From: an uncultured Victivallales bacterium
GTDB taxonomy: Bacteria > Verrucomicrobiota > Lentisphaeria > Oligosphaerales > CAZSBQ01
Assembly: GCA_964604795.1 (NCBI GenBank)
Contig: CAZSBQ010000001.1
Coordinates: forward strand, 1-59,999
Reading direction: 5' to 3'
Length of the DNA stretch: 59,999 nucleotides
Within the stretch, counting starts at the first letter, position 1. Each line of letters begins with the position of its first letter. Below, piece after piece: positions 9,029-17,817 of this stretch. The notes beneath the pieces were generated by a model. The model ran no database searches. It saw only the letters and a program-made list of their open reading frames with translations, and was not told where the DNA came from. A program made the position numbers and the translations under genes.

Positions 9029-9853
9029 ATGACAACTGGTTTGAAAAAGACAATCCGCACATCCGCGGGCTTTGCCCGTGTATGCTCGCTTCTTATGCTC
9101 GGCCTGCTTGCCCGCGCACAGGGCGCCCAGGACACCCAGGACGTACAAGGGCAGATCGACAATGCCCGCATGACAATGGAGAAATGGATCGAGACGCGAC
9201 GTGCGATTTCGGAGGAAAAGCAGGACTGGAAGCTGGCCGAGGAGATGCTCACCGAACGCATTCGGCTGGTGCGGCAGGAGATCGACTCGCTCAGGGAAAA
9301 GAACGCCTCCGCCGAGGAAAGCATCGGCGAAGCCGACAAAAAACGTGCGGACCTGGTGGCCGAAAACGAGGCGCTCAAGGAAGCGTCCGACACACTGGAC
9401 GATGCGGTCACCGCTTTTGAACGGCGCACACTTTCCGTGCTGAAGCGCATCCCCGCCCCCATCCGCAAACAGGTCAAGCCCCTGAGTCAACGGATTCCCG
9501 AGAATCCGGAAAAAACCAAGCTGTCTCTTGGTGAACGGTTCCAGAACATCGTCGGCATCCTCAACGAAATCAACAAATTCAACGGCGTGATCACGGTCAC
9601 CAGCGAAGTGCGCGATCTCGGCGATGAGTCCGCCGAGGTAACCGCGATGTATGTCGGACTCGGACACGCCTACTACGCCAATACAGGCGGCGAGAACACC
9701 GGGCGCGACATCGCGGGCTACGGGTTTGCCGCGGAGGACGGTTGGACGTGGACGGCCGCCAACGATGCCGCTCCCCGCATTCGCCGGGCCATCGCCATTT
9801 TCAAAAACGAAGAGGTGGCCGCTTTTGTCCGGCTGCCTGTGAACATCAAATAG
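9029..9853 (+). CDS. DUF3450-like periplasmic coiled-coil protein (TtpB-like TonB-system accessory)
   Basis: AGGAG 9017-9021 lies before ATG 9029 inside ORF 8960-9853. Signal peptide, then a coiled-coil region. The C-terminal pattern LSLGERFQNIVGILNEINKFNG...VGLGHAYY...AAFVRLPVNI is typical of DUF3450. The gene lies directly upstream of a long MotA/ExbB gene. Confidence 0.75.
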   Translation: MTTGLKKTIRTSAGFARVCSLLMLGLLARAQGAQDTQDVQGQIDNARMTMEKWIETRRAISEEKQDWKLAEEMLTERIRLVRQEIDSLREKNASAEESIGEADKKRADLVAENEALKEASDTLDDAVTAFERRTLSVLKRIPAPIRKQVKPLSQRIPENPEKTKLSLGERFQNIVGILNEINKFNGVITVTSEVRDLGDESAEVTAMYVGLGHAYYANTGGENTGRDIAGYGFAAEDGWTWTAANDAAPRIRRAIAIFKNEEVAAFVRLPVNIK

Positions 9854-9874
9854 CAAGCGGGAGCGCATGCACCA

Positions 9875-11635
9875 ATGAGCATTCAACACACCAATATCCC
9901 GAGAACCTGCATGAACAGTGCCGCCAGACACCATTCCGACAACACCGGAGCGGGCGCGTCCGCCAAGCGCCCCTGCGAAGTCCGCACGCACGCATCCGTG
10001 ATCTGGTCGAACCCCCCGTCTGTCACCCCGGCAATGGTGGAGCGAGTCGACGAGGAATTTGCCGACATGCCGGCTGGTGCGAGGCCCCCAATCCCAGGTC
10101 CAAACACACCGTCGCTAGCAGCCCTGCTGCTGATTTTGAGCCTGCTTGTGCCGTTTTCAGGCAGCCGCGCTCGGGCGAACGAAGACGCCGAGCAAACGGG
10201 CAATTTCAAGAATGCCTCGACCTCGGCAAGCCAACAGCTGCAGGACAGCCTCAAGGAACTTTCGGAGCTGCGTGAGACCATCGCAGACAAAAAGGTTCCG
10301 CTGAACCGCAGACTCAATGAGTTGGAGGCCGAACTGGTGGCCGTCCGGCGCGAGTATCAGGAAACCTCCCGCACGCTGGACAACCGAACGTTGAACCTCA
10401 GCAATTTGCGCTCGGAGATCAAGGCGAGAGAACAGGAGAAAACCTACCTGTCCAACCTGCTGGGCGAATATATCCGCACCTTTGAAACCCGCCTGCACGT
10501 CGCCGAATTGCAGCGCTATGAGGATATCCTCGAAAAAGCGACGCTGGCGCCGGAAAGCGAGACCCTCACCGATCAGCAGGTCTATGAGCGGCAAAACGCC
10601 CTGGTCGCCGCCTCCATCGACCGCCTGGAAGCCGCGCTCGGCGGCGACCGCTTCGAGGGCGACGCCGTGGACGAAACCGGCCTGGTCACCCGCGGCACCT
10701 TCGCCCTGCTGGGCCCTGCGGCGTTCTTTCGCTCCGACGACGGGGCGAAGATCGGCACGGCCGAGCAGCGTCTCGGTTCCGTGGCCCCGGCCATCCTGGC
10801 CTTCGACGCTCCCGAGGACCAGGCCGCAGCCGCCACCGTCATCGAAACCGGCTCGGGCGATCTGCCCTTCGATCCCACCCTCGGCAACGCCCACAAGGTT
10901 GAAGCCACGCAGGAGACCCTGCTCGAACACATTTCCAAGGGCGGCGTGGTCATGTACCCGATCCTCGGGCTTGCCGGCGCGGCCCTGCTTGTGGCGCTGT
11001 TCAAATGGGTTGGGCTGCTGCTCACGCGCAACCCGTCGCAAAAGCGCATCCGTCAGCTGCTGTCCGCCGTGGCCGAGGGCAAGTGGGAAGTTGCGAAAGA
11101 GCGGGTGGCCAAGGTCGGCGGCCCGACGGGCAAGATGCTGTCCGACGGGGTGGAGCACCTGAACGAGCCCCGCGAGCTGATCGAGGAAGTCATGTACGAG
11201 CGCGTCCTGGCCACGCGCCTCAAGCTGCAGCGCCTGCTGCCGTTCATTGCGATCTGCGCGGCTTCGGCGCCCCTGCTCGGGCTGCTGGGTACTGTGACCG
11301 GCATCATCAACACGTTCAAGCTGATCACCGTGTTCGGGTCCGGCGACGTCAAAACCCTCTCCGGCGGCATTTCCGAGGCACTGATCACCACGGAATTCGG
11401 CCTGATCGTCGCCATTCCCTCGCTGCTGCTGCATGCCTTTCTGTCCCGCAAGGCCCGCGGCGTGGTCGACGGCATGGAAAAGGCCGCCGTCTCCTTCATC
11501 AATCAGATCGCCAAGCGAAAAACCTCCGGCTGTGACGGCTCGAACGGCACACAGTGCGGGGAACACGAAACCACCGGCGGAGAGTGGACTCTCGAACACC
11601 ACGAGGAAAAAGTGCCCCAGAAACAAACAACATAA
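9875..11635 (+). CDS. MotA/TolQ/ExbB proton-channel protein with long N-terminal coiled-coil extension (TtpC-like)
   Basis: The C-terminal third carries APLLGLLGTVTGIINTF and EALITTEFGLIVAIPSLL, which are ExbB/TolQ signatures. The N-terminal ~300 aa are coiled-coil. The true start may be ATG 10067 (MPAGARPPIPGPNTPSLAALLLILSLL, signal-like). Confidence 0.85.
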   Translation: MSIQHTNIPRTCMNSAARHHSDNTGAGASAKRPCEVRTHASVIWSNPPSVTPAMVERVDEEFADMPAGARPPIPGPNTPSLAALLLILSLLVPFSGSRARANEDAEQTGNFKNASTSASQQLQDSLKELSELRETIADKKVPLNRRLNELEAELVAVRREYQETSRTLDNRTLNLSNLRSEIKAREQEKTYLSNLLGEYIRTFETRLHVAELQRYEDILEKATLAPESETLTDQQVYERQNALVAASIDRLEAALGGDRFEGDAVDETGLVTRGTFALLGPAAFFRSDDGAKIGTAEQRLGSVAPAILAFDAPEDQAAAATVIETGSGDLPFDPTLGNAHKVEATQETLLEHISKGGVVMYPILGLAGAALLVALFKWVGLLLTRNPSQKRIRQLLSAVAEGKWEVAKERVAKVGGPTGKMLSDGVEHLNEPRELIEEVMYERVLATRLKLQRLLPFIAICAASAPLLGLLGTVTGIINTFKLITVFGSGDVKTLSGGISEALITTEFGLIVAIPSLLLHAFLSRKARGVVDGMEKAAVSFINQIAKRKTSGCDGSNGTQCGEHETTGGEWTLEHHEEKVPQKQTT

Positions 11636-11646
11636 CCGCAGCGTGA

Positions 11647-11952
11647 AAAGTACAGGGCACGGCCCCCGCGCCCGACCCCCCGCAGGCCGTCGGGGCGCCG
11701 GCCCCTACAAAGTACAGGGCGCGGCCCCCGCACCCGGCCGTCGGGGCGCCGGCCCCTACAAAGTACAGGGCGCGGCCCCCGCGCCCGACTCCCCGCAGGC
11801 CGTCGGGGCGCCGGCCCCTACAAAGTACAGGGCGCGGCCCCCGCGCCCGACCCCCCGCAGGCCGTCGGGGCGCCGGCCCCTACAAAGTACCGGGCGCGGC
11901 CCCCGCGCCCCCGACCAACCGAAAAAGTACAGGGCGCGGCCTCCGCGCCCGT
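11647..11952. repeat. tandem array of ~62-bp GC-rich hairpin (REP-like) repeats, about 5.5 copies
   Basis: Units start at 11647, 11709, 11760, 11822, 11884 and 11923 (unit lengths 62, 51, 62, 62, then truncated). Each unit has AAAGTACAGGGCGCGGCCCCCGCGCCC, containing the perfect hairpin GGGCGCGG-CCC-CCGCGCCC. A second hairpin GGGGC-GCCG-GCCCC follows. Confidence 0.9.
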
Positions 11953-11961
11953 GAGCTCCCA

Positions 11962-12591
11962 ATGACAGAACCGATAGAACAACTTACAACCCTCTGGACC
12001 GAGGCGCAGTCCATATGGATGTCCGGCGGCTGGGCCATGCTCGCCATCGCCGTCAACGCGTTCATCATGTTCGCCATCGGCACCCATGTCCACCTGAAGC
12101 TGCGCGCCAAGGGCTTTCAGTCCGTCTCCGAGAAGAAATGGCGCCGATGGCTCGAGCATCCCGAGCAGCGAAAGGGTAGAGTCGGCGAACTGCTGGACTT
12201 CGTCGGGGGCGGCACCTCGCTCGAGGACATCGCCGTCTTCTTCAAGGAATTGCGCACCCGCGAACTGCATCCCTTCGACCGCGATCTGCGGGTCATGAAG
12301 AAATGCGTCGGGGTAGCCCCCCTGCTGGGGTTGCTGGGCACGGTGACCGGCATGCTGGCCACCTTCGGCGCCCTGGCCGCCGGCGCAGGCGGCGAAAAAA
12401 CCATGAGCATGGTCGCATCCGGAATCTCCGAAGCCCTCGTCACCACCGAAACCGGGCTGGTCATCGCCATCCCCGGTTTGTTCTTTCAGTATCATCTCAG
12501 CAGGCAGCACGAACGCTACAAGGCATTTCTGGCGCATCTGGAAACCGTCTGCACCCAGCGGCTGCACTGGCAACTGCAGAAGCAAAACTAA
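11962..12591 (+). CDS. exbB: ExbB/TolQ-family proton channel
   Basis: Motifs PLLGLLGTVTGMLATF and EALVTTETGLVIAIPGLFF. Three TM segments. Followed by exbD and tonB. Confidence 0.9.
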   Translation: MTEPIEQLTTLWTEAQSIWMSGGWAMLAIAVNAFIMFAIGTHVHLKLRAKGFQSVSEKKWRRWLEHPEQRKGRVGELLDFVGGGTSLEDIAVFFKELRTRELHPFDRDLRVMKKCVGVAPLLGLLGTVTGMLATFGALAAGAGGEKTMSMVASGISEALVTTETGLVIAIPGLFFQYHLSRQHERYKAFLAHLETVCTQRLHWQLQKQN

Positions 12592-12627
12592 CGGCCAAGC
12601 ACAAACCACAAACCACCGAGGTGTCCC

Positions 12628-13041
12628 ATGGGACGTTTTCGTGAAATGGACATGGACGACAGCGGCGAGGCGGGCATTGACATTTCCCCGCTCATTGACT
12701 GCGTATTCATTCTGCTCATCTTTTTCATTGTGACCACCACCTTTGTGGAGGAAACCGGCGTTGAAGTCGACAAGCCCCAGGCCGCATCCTCCTCCATGCT
12801 CGAAAAAACCAGCATCCTGATCGCGCTCACCGCCAAGGGCGAAGTCGTCTACGGCGGCAACGAAATCGGCATCGGCGGCATCCGCCCCCTAGTGCGGCGC
12901 GAGCTGCAGAAGGAGGATGTGCCCGTCATCATTCAGGCCGATTCCGCCGCCAAATCCGGGCTGCTGGTGCGCGTCATCGACGAAGCCAAACTGGCCGGCG
13001 CCAAAAAAGTCAGCCTGGCCACCCTCAAACCCTCGAACTGA
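12628..13041 (+). CDS. exbD: ExbD/TolR-family biopolymer transport protein
   Basis: N-terminal motif IDISPLIDCVFILLIFFIV is typical of ExbD. Length 137 aa. Confidence 0.9.
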   Translation: MGRFREMDMDDSGEAGIDISPLIDCVFILLIFFIVTTTFVEETGVEVDKPQAASSSMLEKTSILIALTAKGEVVYGGNEIGIGGIRPLVRRELQKEDVPVIIQADSAAKSGLLVRVIDEAKLAGAKKVSLATLKPSN

Positions 13042-13050
13042 GTCTGATCC

Positions 13051-13713
13051 GTGAAGGCGATTCTAAACATATTCAAGCGATTTTTCCATGCGCTTTGCGT
13101 GCTTGTCGGCGCGACAGCGCTGACTCTGTCGTTTTTCCTGGTACTCCCGGTCATGCAGGCGATCAACCAATCACGGGATACCGACGTGGTTGTGCGCACG
13201 GTAAGCACTGCCGAAGTAGAACCGCCACCGCCGCCGCCGGAGGAACCCGAGCCCCCGGAAGAGCCCGAGCCCGAGGAAAAACCGCCCGAGCTGACCGAAG
13301 AAAGCCAGCCCCTCGATCTCTCCCAGCTCGAGATGGCGCTCAACCCCGGCATGGGCAACGGCGGACTGAGCGGTGACTTCGCCGCGAACCTGAAAACCGT
13401 AGCCGCATCGGGCGAGGACCTGGACGCGGTCTTCGGACTCTCCGACCTGGACCAACGACCGCGCGTGATCTATCAACCCGGTCCGACCCTGACCCGCGAA
13501 GTTCGCAAAAAGGCACCCGGCAAAGTCTATATCCTGTTCCTGGTCAACCGCGAGGGACGCGTCGAAAATGCCAAGGTGCAGAAATCAAGCCACCCCGTGT
13601 TTGAACAGCCCGCTCTGAAGGCCGTCAAGCGCTGGAAATTCGAACCCGGCAAAAAAAGCGGCCAGGCCGTCCGCTTCCGCATGCGCGTGCCCATAAAATT
13701 CCCCAAAGGATAA
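13051..13713 (+). CDS. tonB: TonB energy transducer
   Basis: N-terminal TM anchor. Pro/Glu-rich spacer EPPPPPPEEPEPPEEPEPEEKPPE. C-terminal TonB domain (PALKAVKRWKFEPGKKSGQAVRFRMRVPIKF). GTG start. Confidence 0.85.
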   Translation: MKAILNIFKRFFHALCVLVGATALTLSFFLVLPVMQAINQSRDTDVVVRTVSTAEVEPPPPPPEEPEPPEEPEPEEKPPELTEESQPLDLSQLEMALNPGMGNGGLSGDFAANLKTVAASGEDLDAVFGLSDLDQRPRVIYQPGPTLTREVRKKAPGKVYILFLVNREGRVENAKVQKSSHPVFEQPALKAVKRWKFEPGKKSGQAVRFRMRVPIKFPKG

Positions 13714-13717
13714 AAGA

Positions 13718-15163
13718 ATGCAGAAAACAGCAATGGCAGCTCATCTTCGTCCCGTTTCATCACTTGCATCCCGGATTCCGCGCGCCCGGTTGTTGTGCGC
13801 CCTCTTTCTTTGTTCGGCCGTGTCCGCGTCCGCAAACAGCGAATCCATTCCCGTCCGTCCTCGGTCCATGACCCAGGCCGAGCTGAACCTGTGGAACGAT
13901 CCCGCATTCCAGAAGCAATTCACCCAGAGCTACATCGCCGAAACCGAGATCGAGCCGCGGATATCCGAGGACGAGCGCGAAACCATGCAGAAGATCATGC
14001 TGCACATCGCCGATGAAAAACTCGAAGAAGCCGCCGCGCTGCTGCGCAAACACTTGGACGAGACAAGCAGCGCGGTGTTCGACTTCACGCTGGGCAACCT
14101 CCATTTTCAGCGGGACAATCTCGACCAGGCCGTCCCACACTACGAAACCGCCGTCGACAAATATCCCAAATTCCGTCGTGCCTGGAAGAATCTTGCCCTC
14201 ATTCACGTCCGCAAGGCCAACTATGCCGACGCGCTGCCCGCTCTCACCAAGACCATCGAATTGGGTGGGGGCGATTCCCTCATCTACGGCCTGCTCGGCT
14301 ACTCCTACTCCTCGGTCGAGAACCACCTCGCCGCGGAGTCCGCATACCGCATGGCGATCCTCCTCGATCCCGAAACCATGGACTGGAAAATGGGCCTGGC
14401 CCGCAGCCTGTTCAGGCAGGAGTCCTACGCGCGGGCCGCCGAGCTGTGCGCCAATCTGCTCGCCAAAAACCCCGAGCGCGCCGATCTCTGGATGCTCCAG
14501 GCAAACGCGTACATCGGACTCGAAAAACCCCTCGAAGCCGCCAAAAACTACGAGTTCATCGACCAACTCGGCAAATCCAGCGCCGCCACGCTCAACATGC
14601 TCGGCGACATCTACATCAACGAAAAACTCTTCGACATGGCCGTGCATTCCTACGTGCGCGCCATGAAAAAGGGCGATGATGCATCCCCCGCCCGCCCCGT
14701 CCGGGCCGCCAAGGTTCTGGCCGCCCGCAGCGCCTTCGAGCAAACGCAGACCCTGATTGCCGAGATCAAATCACGCTACGCCGAGAGCCTGGCCGACGAC
14801 GTCAAAAAAGACCTGCTCAAACTCGAGGCGCGCATCGCCGTAGCGCGCGGTGCCGGAGACGAGGAAGCACGCGTTCTGGAGGAAATCGTCGAACTCGATC
14901 CGCTCGACGGCGAAGCCCTCATCCTCCTCGGCCAATACCATCGCCGTCAGGGAAACCCCGAAAAAGCCGTCTTCTATTTCGAACGAGCCGCCTCCGTCGA
15001 AGACTATGAGGCCGACGCAAATCTCCGCCATGCACAATTGCTCGTTTCCCAGGAAAAATACGAGGAAGCCCTCCCGCTCCTCCGCAGCGCACAGCAAATC
15101 AACCCCCGAGAGGATGTCCAAAAATATCTGGAGCAAGTCGAACGAGTCGCAAAGGGACGGTGA
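13718..15163 (+). CDS. secreted TPR-repeat protein (TtpD-like TonB-cluster accessory)
   Basis: Signal peptide, then repeated TPR-like helices (LGNLHFQRDNLDQAVPHYETAVDKYPKF..., ANAYIGLEKPLEAAKNYE...). It occupies the last position of the exbBD-tonB cluster. Confidence 0.8.
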   Translation: MQKTAMAAHLRPVSSLASRIPRARLLCALFLCSAVSASANSESIPVRPRSMTQAELNLWNDPAFQKQFTQSYIAETEIEPRISEDERETMQKIMLHIADEKLEEAAALLRKHLDETSSAVFDFTLGNLHFQRDNLDQAVPHYETAVDKYPKFRRAWKNLALIHVRKANYADALPALTKTIELGGGDSLIYGLLGYSYSSVENHLAAESAYRMAILLDPETMDWKMGLARSLFRQESYARAAELCANLLAKNPERADLWMLQANAYIGLEKPLEAAKNYEFIDQLGKSSAATLNMLGDIYINEKLFDMAVHSYVRAMKKGDDASPARPVRAAKVLAARSAFEQTQTLIAEIKSRYAESLADDVKKDLLKLEARIAVARGAGDEEARVLEEIVELDPLDGEALILLGQYHRRQGNPEKAVFYFERAASVEDYEADANLRHAQLLVSQEKYEEALPLLRSAQQINPREDVQKYLEQVERVAKGR

Positions 15164-15332
15164 AAATGGATATCGAAATCAATTCCAAACATCAACCAAA
15201 CAAACTTCTAACTAATGCAGCATTTATAAAAAAACAGAGAGAGTATAGTTATGCACTGATCATGGAAACGATCAATTTTAGGTTTCAAAAAAAACAGCAG
15301 ACAATGTCAAATCCAACAAAAGGAGAATAAAA

Positions 15333-17795
15333 ATGCTGAAAACAATCAAGATCGACTGGTACCGCAAAACTCGTAAACACAAGGCTTGCCTATGCGCCCT
15401 TGCGTTCTTGGCAACCTGCGCGGGCATACTGCGAGCGGAAGACTTGGGAACTGTGGGCATAGCACCGACAATTGCCTATGTATATGAATCGGAAGCCAAA
15501 GAAACAAAATTTCAAGGGGGGCAACTTTATTTGTTGGTGGCTGACATTGATCGCGACGGCTTTGGGGTGGACAACATGGGAAAAATCGGGGAGCAGTTCG
15601 AGCTGGGTGAAGATGATCGTGTCATCAAGGCCTGGGAGTCTCCTTCAACGCCGCCATTTGCGCTTGGGCAATGCAAGCCCAATGCATTGGGCTTGTCCGT
15701 CGAAGGGAATGAAGCGGGCGTGTTCAGCCCCGGAACACCATTTGCCGTGTATTTCTTCAGTGACGTCAACCTGAGCGACTATACCGAAGGGACATTGGCA
15801 ACCGGCACTTCCTACGGTTTTTTTACCAAGAGCACTTTCGAGGTGCCTTCTCCGGGCGGTGACTTTACCGGAGAAGTTATAGCGGAATTGTTTCCCGACC
15901 AACAAGTCGGCGGCGGGGGCGGCACGAATGACGCGCCCGTGCTGGAGGCCATCGGCGACCAATCGGTCGACGAAGGCGGCAAACTGGCGTTCACCATTAA
16001 CGCATCCGACGCCGACGATGATGACATGACCCTGAGCGTGACTGGTCTCCCCGACGGCGAATTCTTCAGTGCGGACCCCAAAGCCTCGCCCGCCACCTGG
16101 AGCTTTTCATGGACTCCCCAGGAAGACGAAAGCGGCGTATATGAATCCGTGGAATTCACGGTCAGCGACGGCAGCCTGTCCGACAGCGAAACGATCTCGA
16201 TCACGGTCGACGAAGTCAACAGCGCGCCGGTCCTCGAGTCCATCGGCGACAAAACCGTGACGGCGGGCGAGACGCTGACTTTTGACATCTCGGCAACCGA
16301 TGCGGACGTTCCCGCCAACATCCTTGCCTTTTCGGCCACCAACGTGCCCGACGGAGCGGATTTCGACGGAACGACGTTCACTTGGACTCCAAGCGATGAG
16401 CAGGCGGGCAGCAACTTCAATATCACCTTTACCGTCACCGACGACGGCGATCCGCAGAAGGAAGACAGCGAAACGATCACCGTCACGGTCAACGAGCGCG
16501 TAAACCACGCGCCCATCGCAGAAGCACCGCAGGGGATGATCGTCGAAGCAGGCGGCACGCTGACCATTCCCCTGGTCGCGGCTGACGAAGACGGAGACGA
16601 GGTCCAGCTGAGCATTGTCGACGCTCCCGCCAACGGTTCGCTCGGTACCATCGATCAGGAAACCCAGACGGTTCAGTACACCGCCGATGCTACGTTCGCT
16701 GGCGAAGACCACTTCTCCTTCCAGGCAAGCGACGGCGAGCTTAATTCCGATGTCGTCAAGGTCTTCGTGCTGGTGCGCAGCGAGGAAGGATGGATGGTCA
16801 ATCTCAATCTGGACGGTGCGGACTTCGCAACTCTGACCATCGGCGCGGACCCGGAAGCGACCGACGGTCACGAGGACAGCTTCGACGAGCTTGTGCCGCC
16901 AGCAGCCACGTCGAGCCGCTCGGTGGAAGGCAATTTCGCCGGCCTGTATCGCCCCCCGTTTGCCGAACCGCAACAGTACTTCCGGCGCGATATTCGAGCC
17001 TTGGACGGTGACTACCGGTGGATTCTCGAACTCGAAGTCCAGGACGGCAACGATCCCCTGACCGTGTCCTGGGATGCCGAAACGTTGCCGGACGACATCG
17101 CTCTGGCGCTGTCCGAATGCGACGCGGACGGCACTCCGCTTGAGCAGAACGATGTCGGAACGCTGATGGCGAATCAGACGGAAATCACCGTGACGGACCA
17201 GGACGGGGTCGTCCGCTACTGCATCCAGCCCTTTGAAGGTGAGATCGAGTTCGCGTTGAGCTTGAACGGCGGTGCCTGGAATCTGATTTCTCTGCCGCTG
17301 ACGCCGAACAACCCGGCCGTGGAGGATGTCTTCTCCGACACCAATCTGACTGTCGGCGGAGAACAGCGCACCCTGCGCGATTCTCGACGCGGCGCGCTCC
17401 ACAGCGGCGCTGTATGGGACTGGGACGAGGCAGCGCAGCAATATGTCGCCGCCGAGCAGATCGAAGCCTATCAGGGATATTGGGTGTACATCCCCGAAGG
17501 ACAAGGCGGCACGCTCAACATCACGGGTATCCCGGCCGCCCCTCCGACCACCCTCCACAAGCACTGGAACCTCGTCGGCGGCGACTCCGAGCCGACAAGC
17601 GCGGACAACACACGGGGCTTGACTATCTACCAAGTCGGCGGTGACTCAGAAATGACAAACACGAACATTGCTTGGGCTTCCATCTGGAAGTGGGTCAATG
17701 GTCAATACGCCAAAGCCACGACCCTCGAACGCGGCCTGGGCTACTGGATATATTCCTTCGTGGACGATGCTTCTCTGCAGCAAAGCAGTCGATAG
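15333..17795 (+). CDS. secreted cadherin-like repeat protein: N-terminal paralog of the PEP-CTERM protein body plus a shared uncharacterised C-terminal module
   Basis: AAGGAG lies before ATG 15333. Residues 38-192 are roughly 60% identical by eye to the 1913-2506 product. Residues ~198-482 form three cadherin/Ig-like repeats (NDAPVLEAIGDQSVDEGG..., NSAPVLESIGDKTVTAGE..., NHAPIAEAPQGMIVEAGG...). Residues ~484-820 resemble the C-terminus of the 48394-57675 product. Confidence 0.85.
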   Translation: MLKTIKIDWYRKTRKHKACLCALAFLATCAGILRAEDLGTVGIAPTIAYVYESEAKETKFQGGQLYLLVADIDRDGFGVDNMGKIGEQFELGEDDRVIKAWESPSTPPFALGQCKPNALGLSVEGNEAGVFSPGTPFAVYFFSDVNLSDYTEGTLATGTSYGFFTKSTFEVPSPGGDFTGEVIAELFPDQQVGGGGGTNDAPVLEAIGDQSVDEGGKLAFTINASDADDDDMTLSVTGLPDGEFFSADPKASPATWSFSWTPQEDESGVYESVEFTVSDGSLSDSETISITVDEVNSAPVLESIGDKTVTAGETLTFDISATDADVPANILAFSATNVPDGADFDGTTFTWTPSDEQAGSNFNITFTVTDDGDPQKEDSETITVTVNERVNHAPIAEAPQGMIVEAGGTLTIPLVAADEDGDEVQLSIVDAPANGSLGTIDQETQTVQYTADATFAGEDHFSFQASDGELNSDVVKVFVLVRSEEGWMVNLNLDGADFATLTIGADPEATDGHEDSFDELVPPAATSSRSVEGNFAGLYRPPFAEPQQYFRRDIRALDGDYRWILELEVQDGNDPLTVSWDAETLPDDIALALSECDADGTPLEQNDVGTLMANQTEITVTDQDGVVRYCIQPFEGEIEFALSLNGGAWNLISLPLTPNNPAVEDVFSDTNLTVGGEQRTLRDSRRGALHSGAVWDWDEAAQQYVAAEQIEAYQGYWVYIPEGQGGTLNITGIPAAPPTTLHKHWNLVGGDSEPTSADNTRGLTIYQVGGDSEMTNTNIAWASIWKWVNGQYAKATTLERGLGYWIYSFVDDASLQQSSR

Positions 17796-17817
17796 TCATT
17801 GAGAGGAAGAGCTGATC

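Noticed and set aside
11433-11962. ORFs crossing the tandem repeat array (11433-11954 plus; 11503-11733, 11756-11962 and 11818-12609 minus) that give repetitive Pro/Arg/Gly peptides
   Set aside because: The periodicity comes from the 62-bp DNA repeat. The unit lengths of 62 and 51 nt are not multiples of three, so no frame is conserved across units. I interpret the array as non-coding hairpin repeats.
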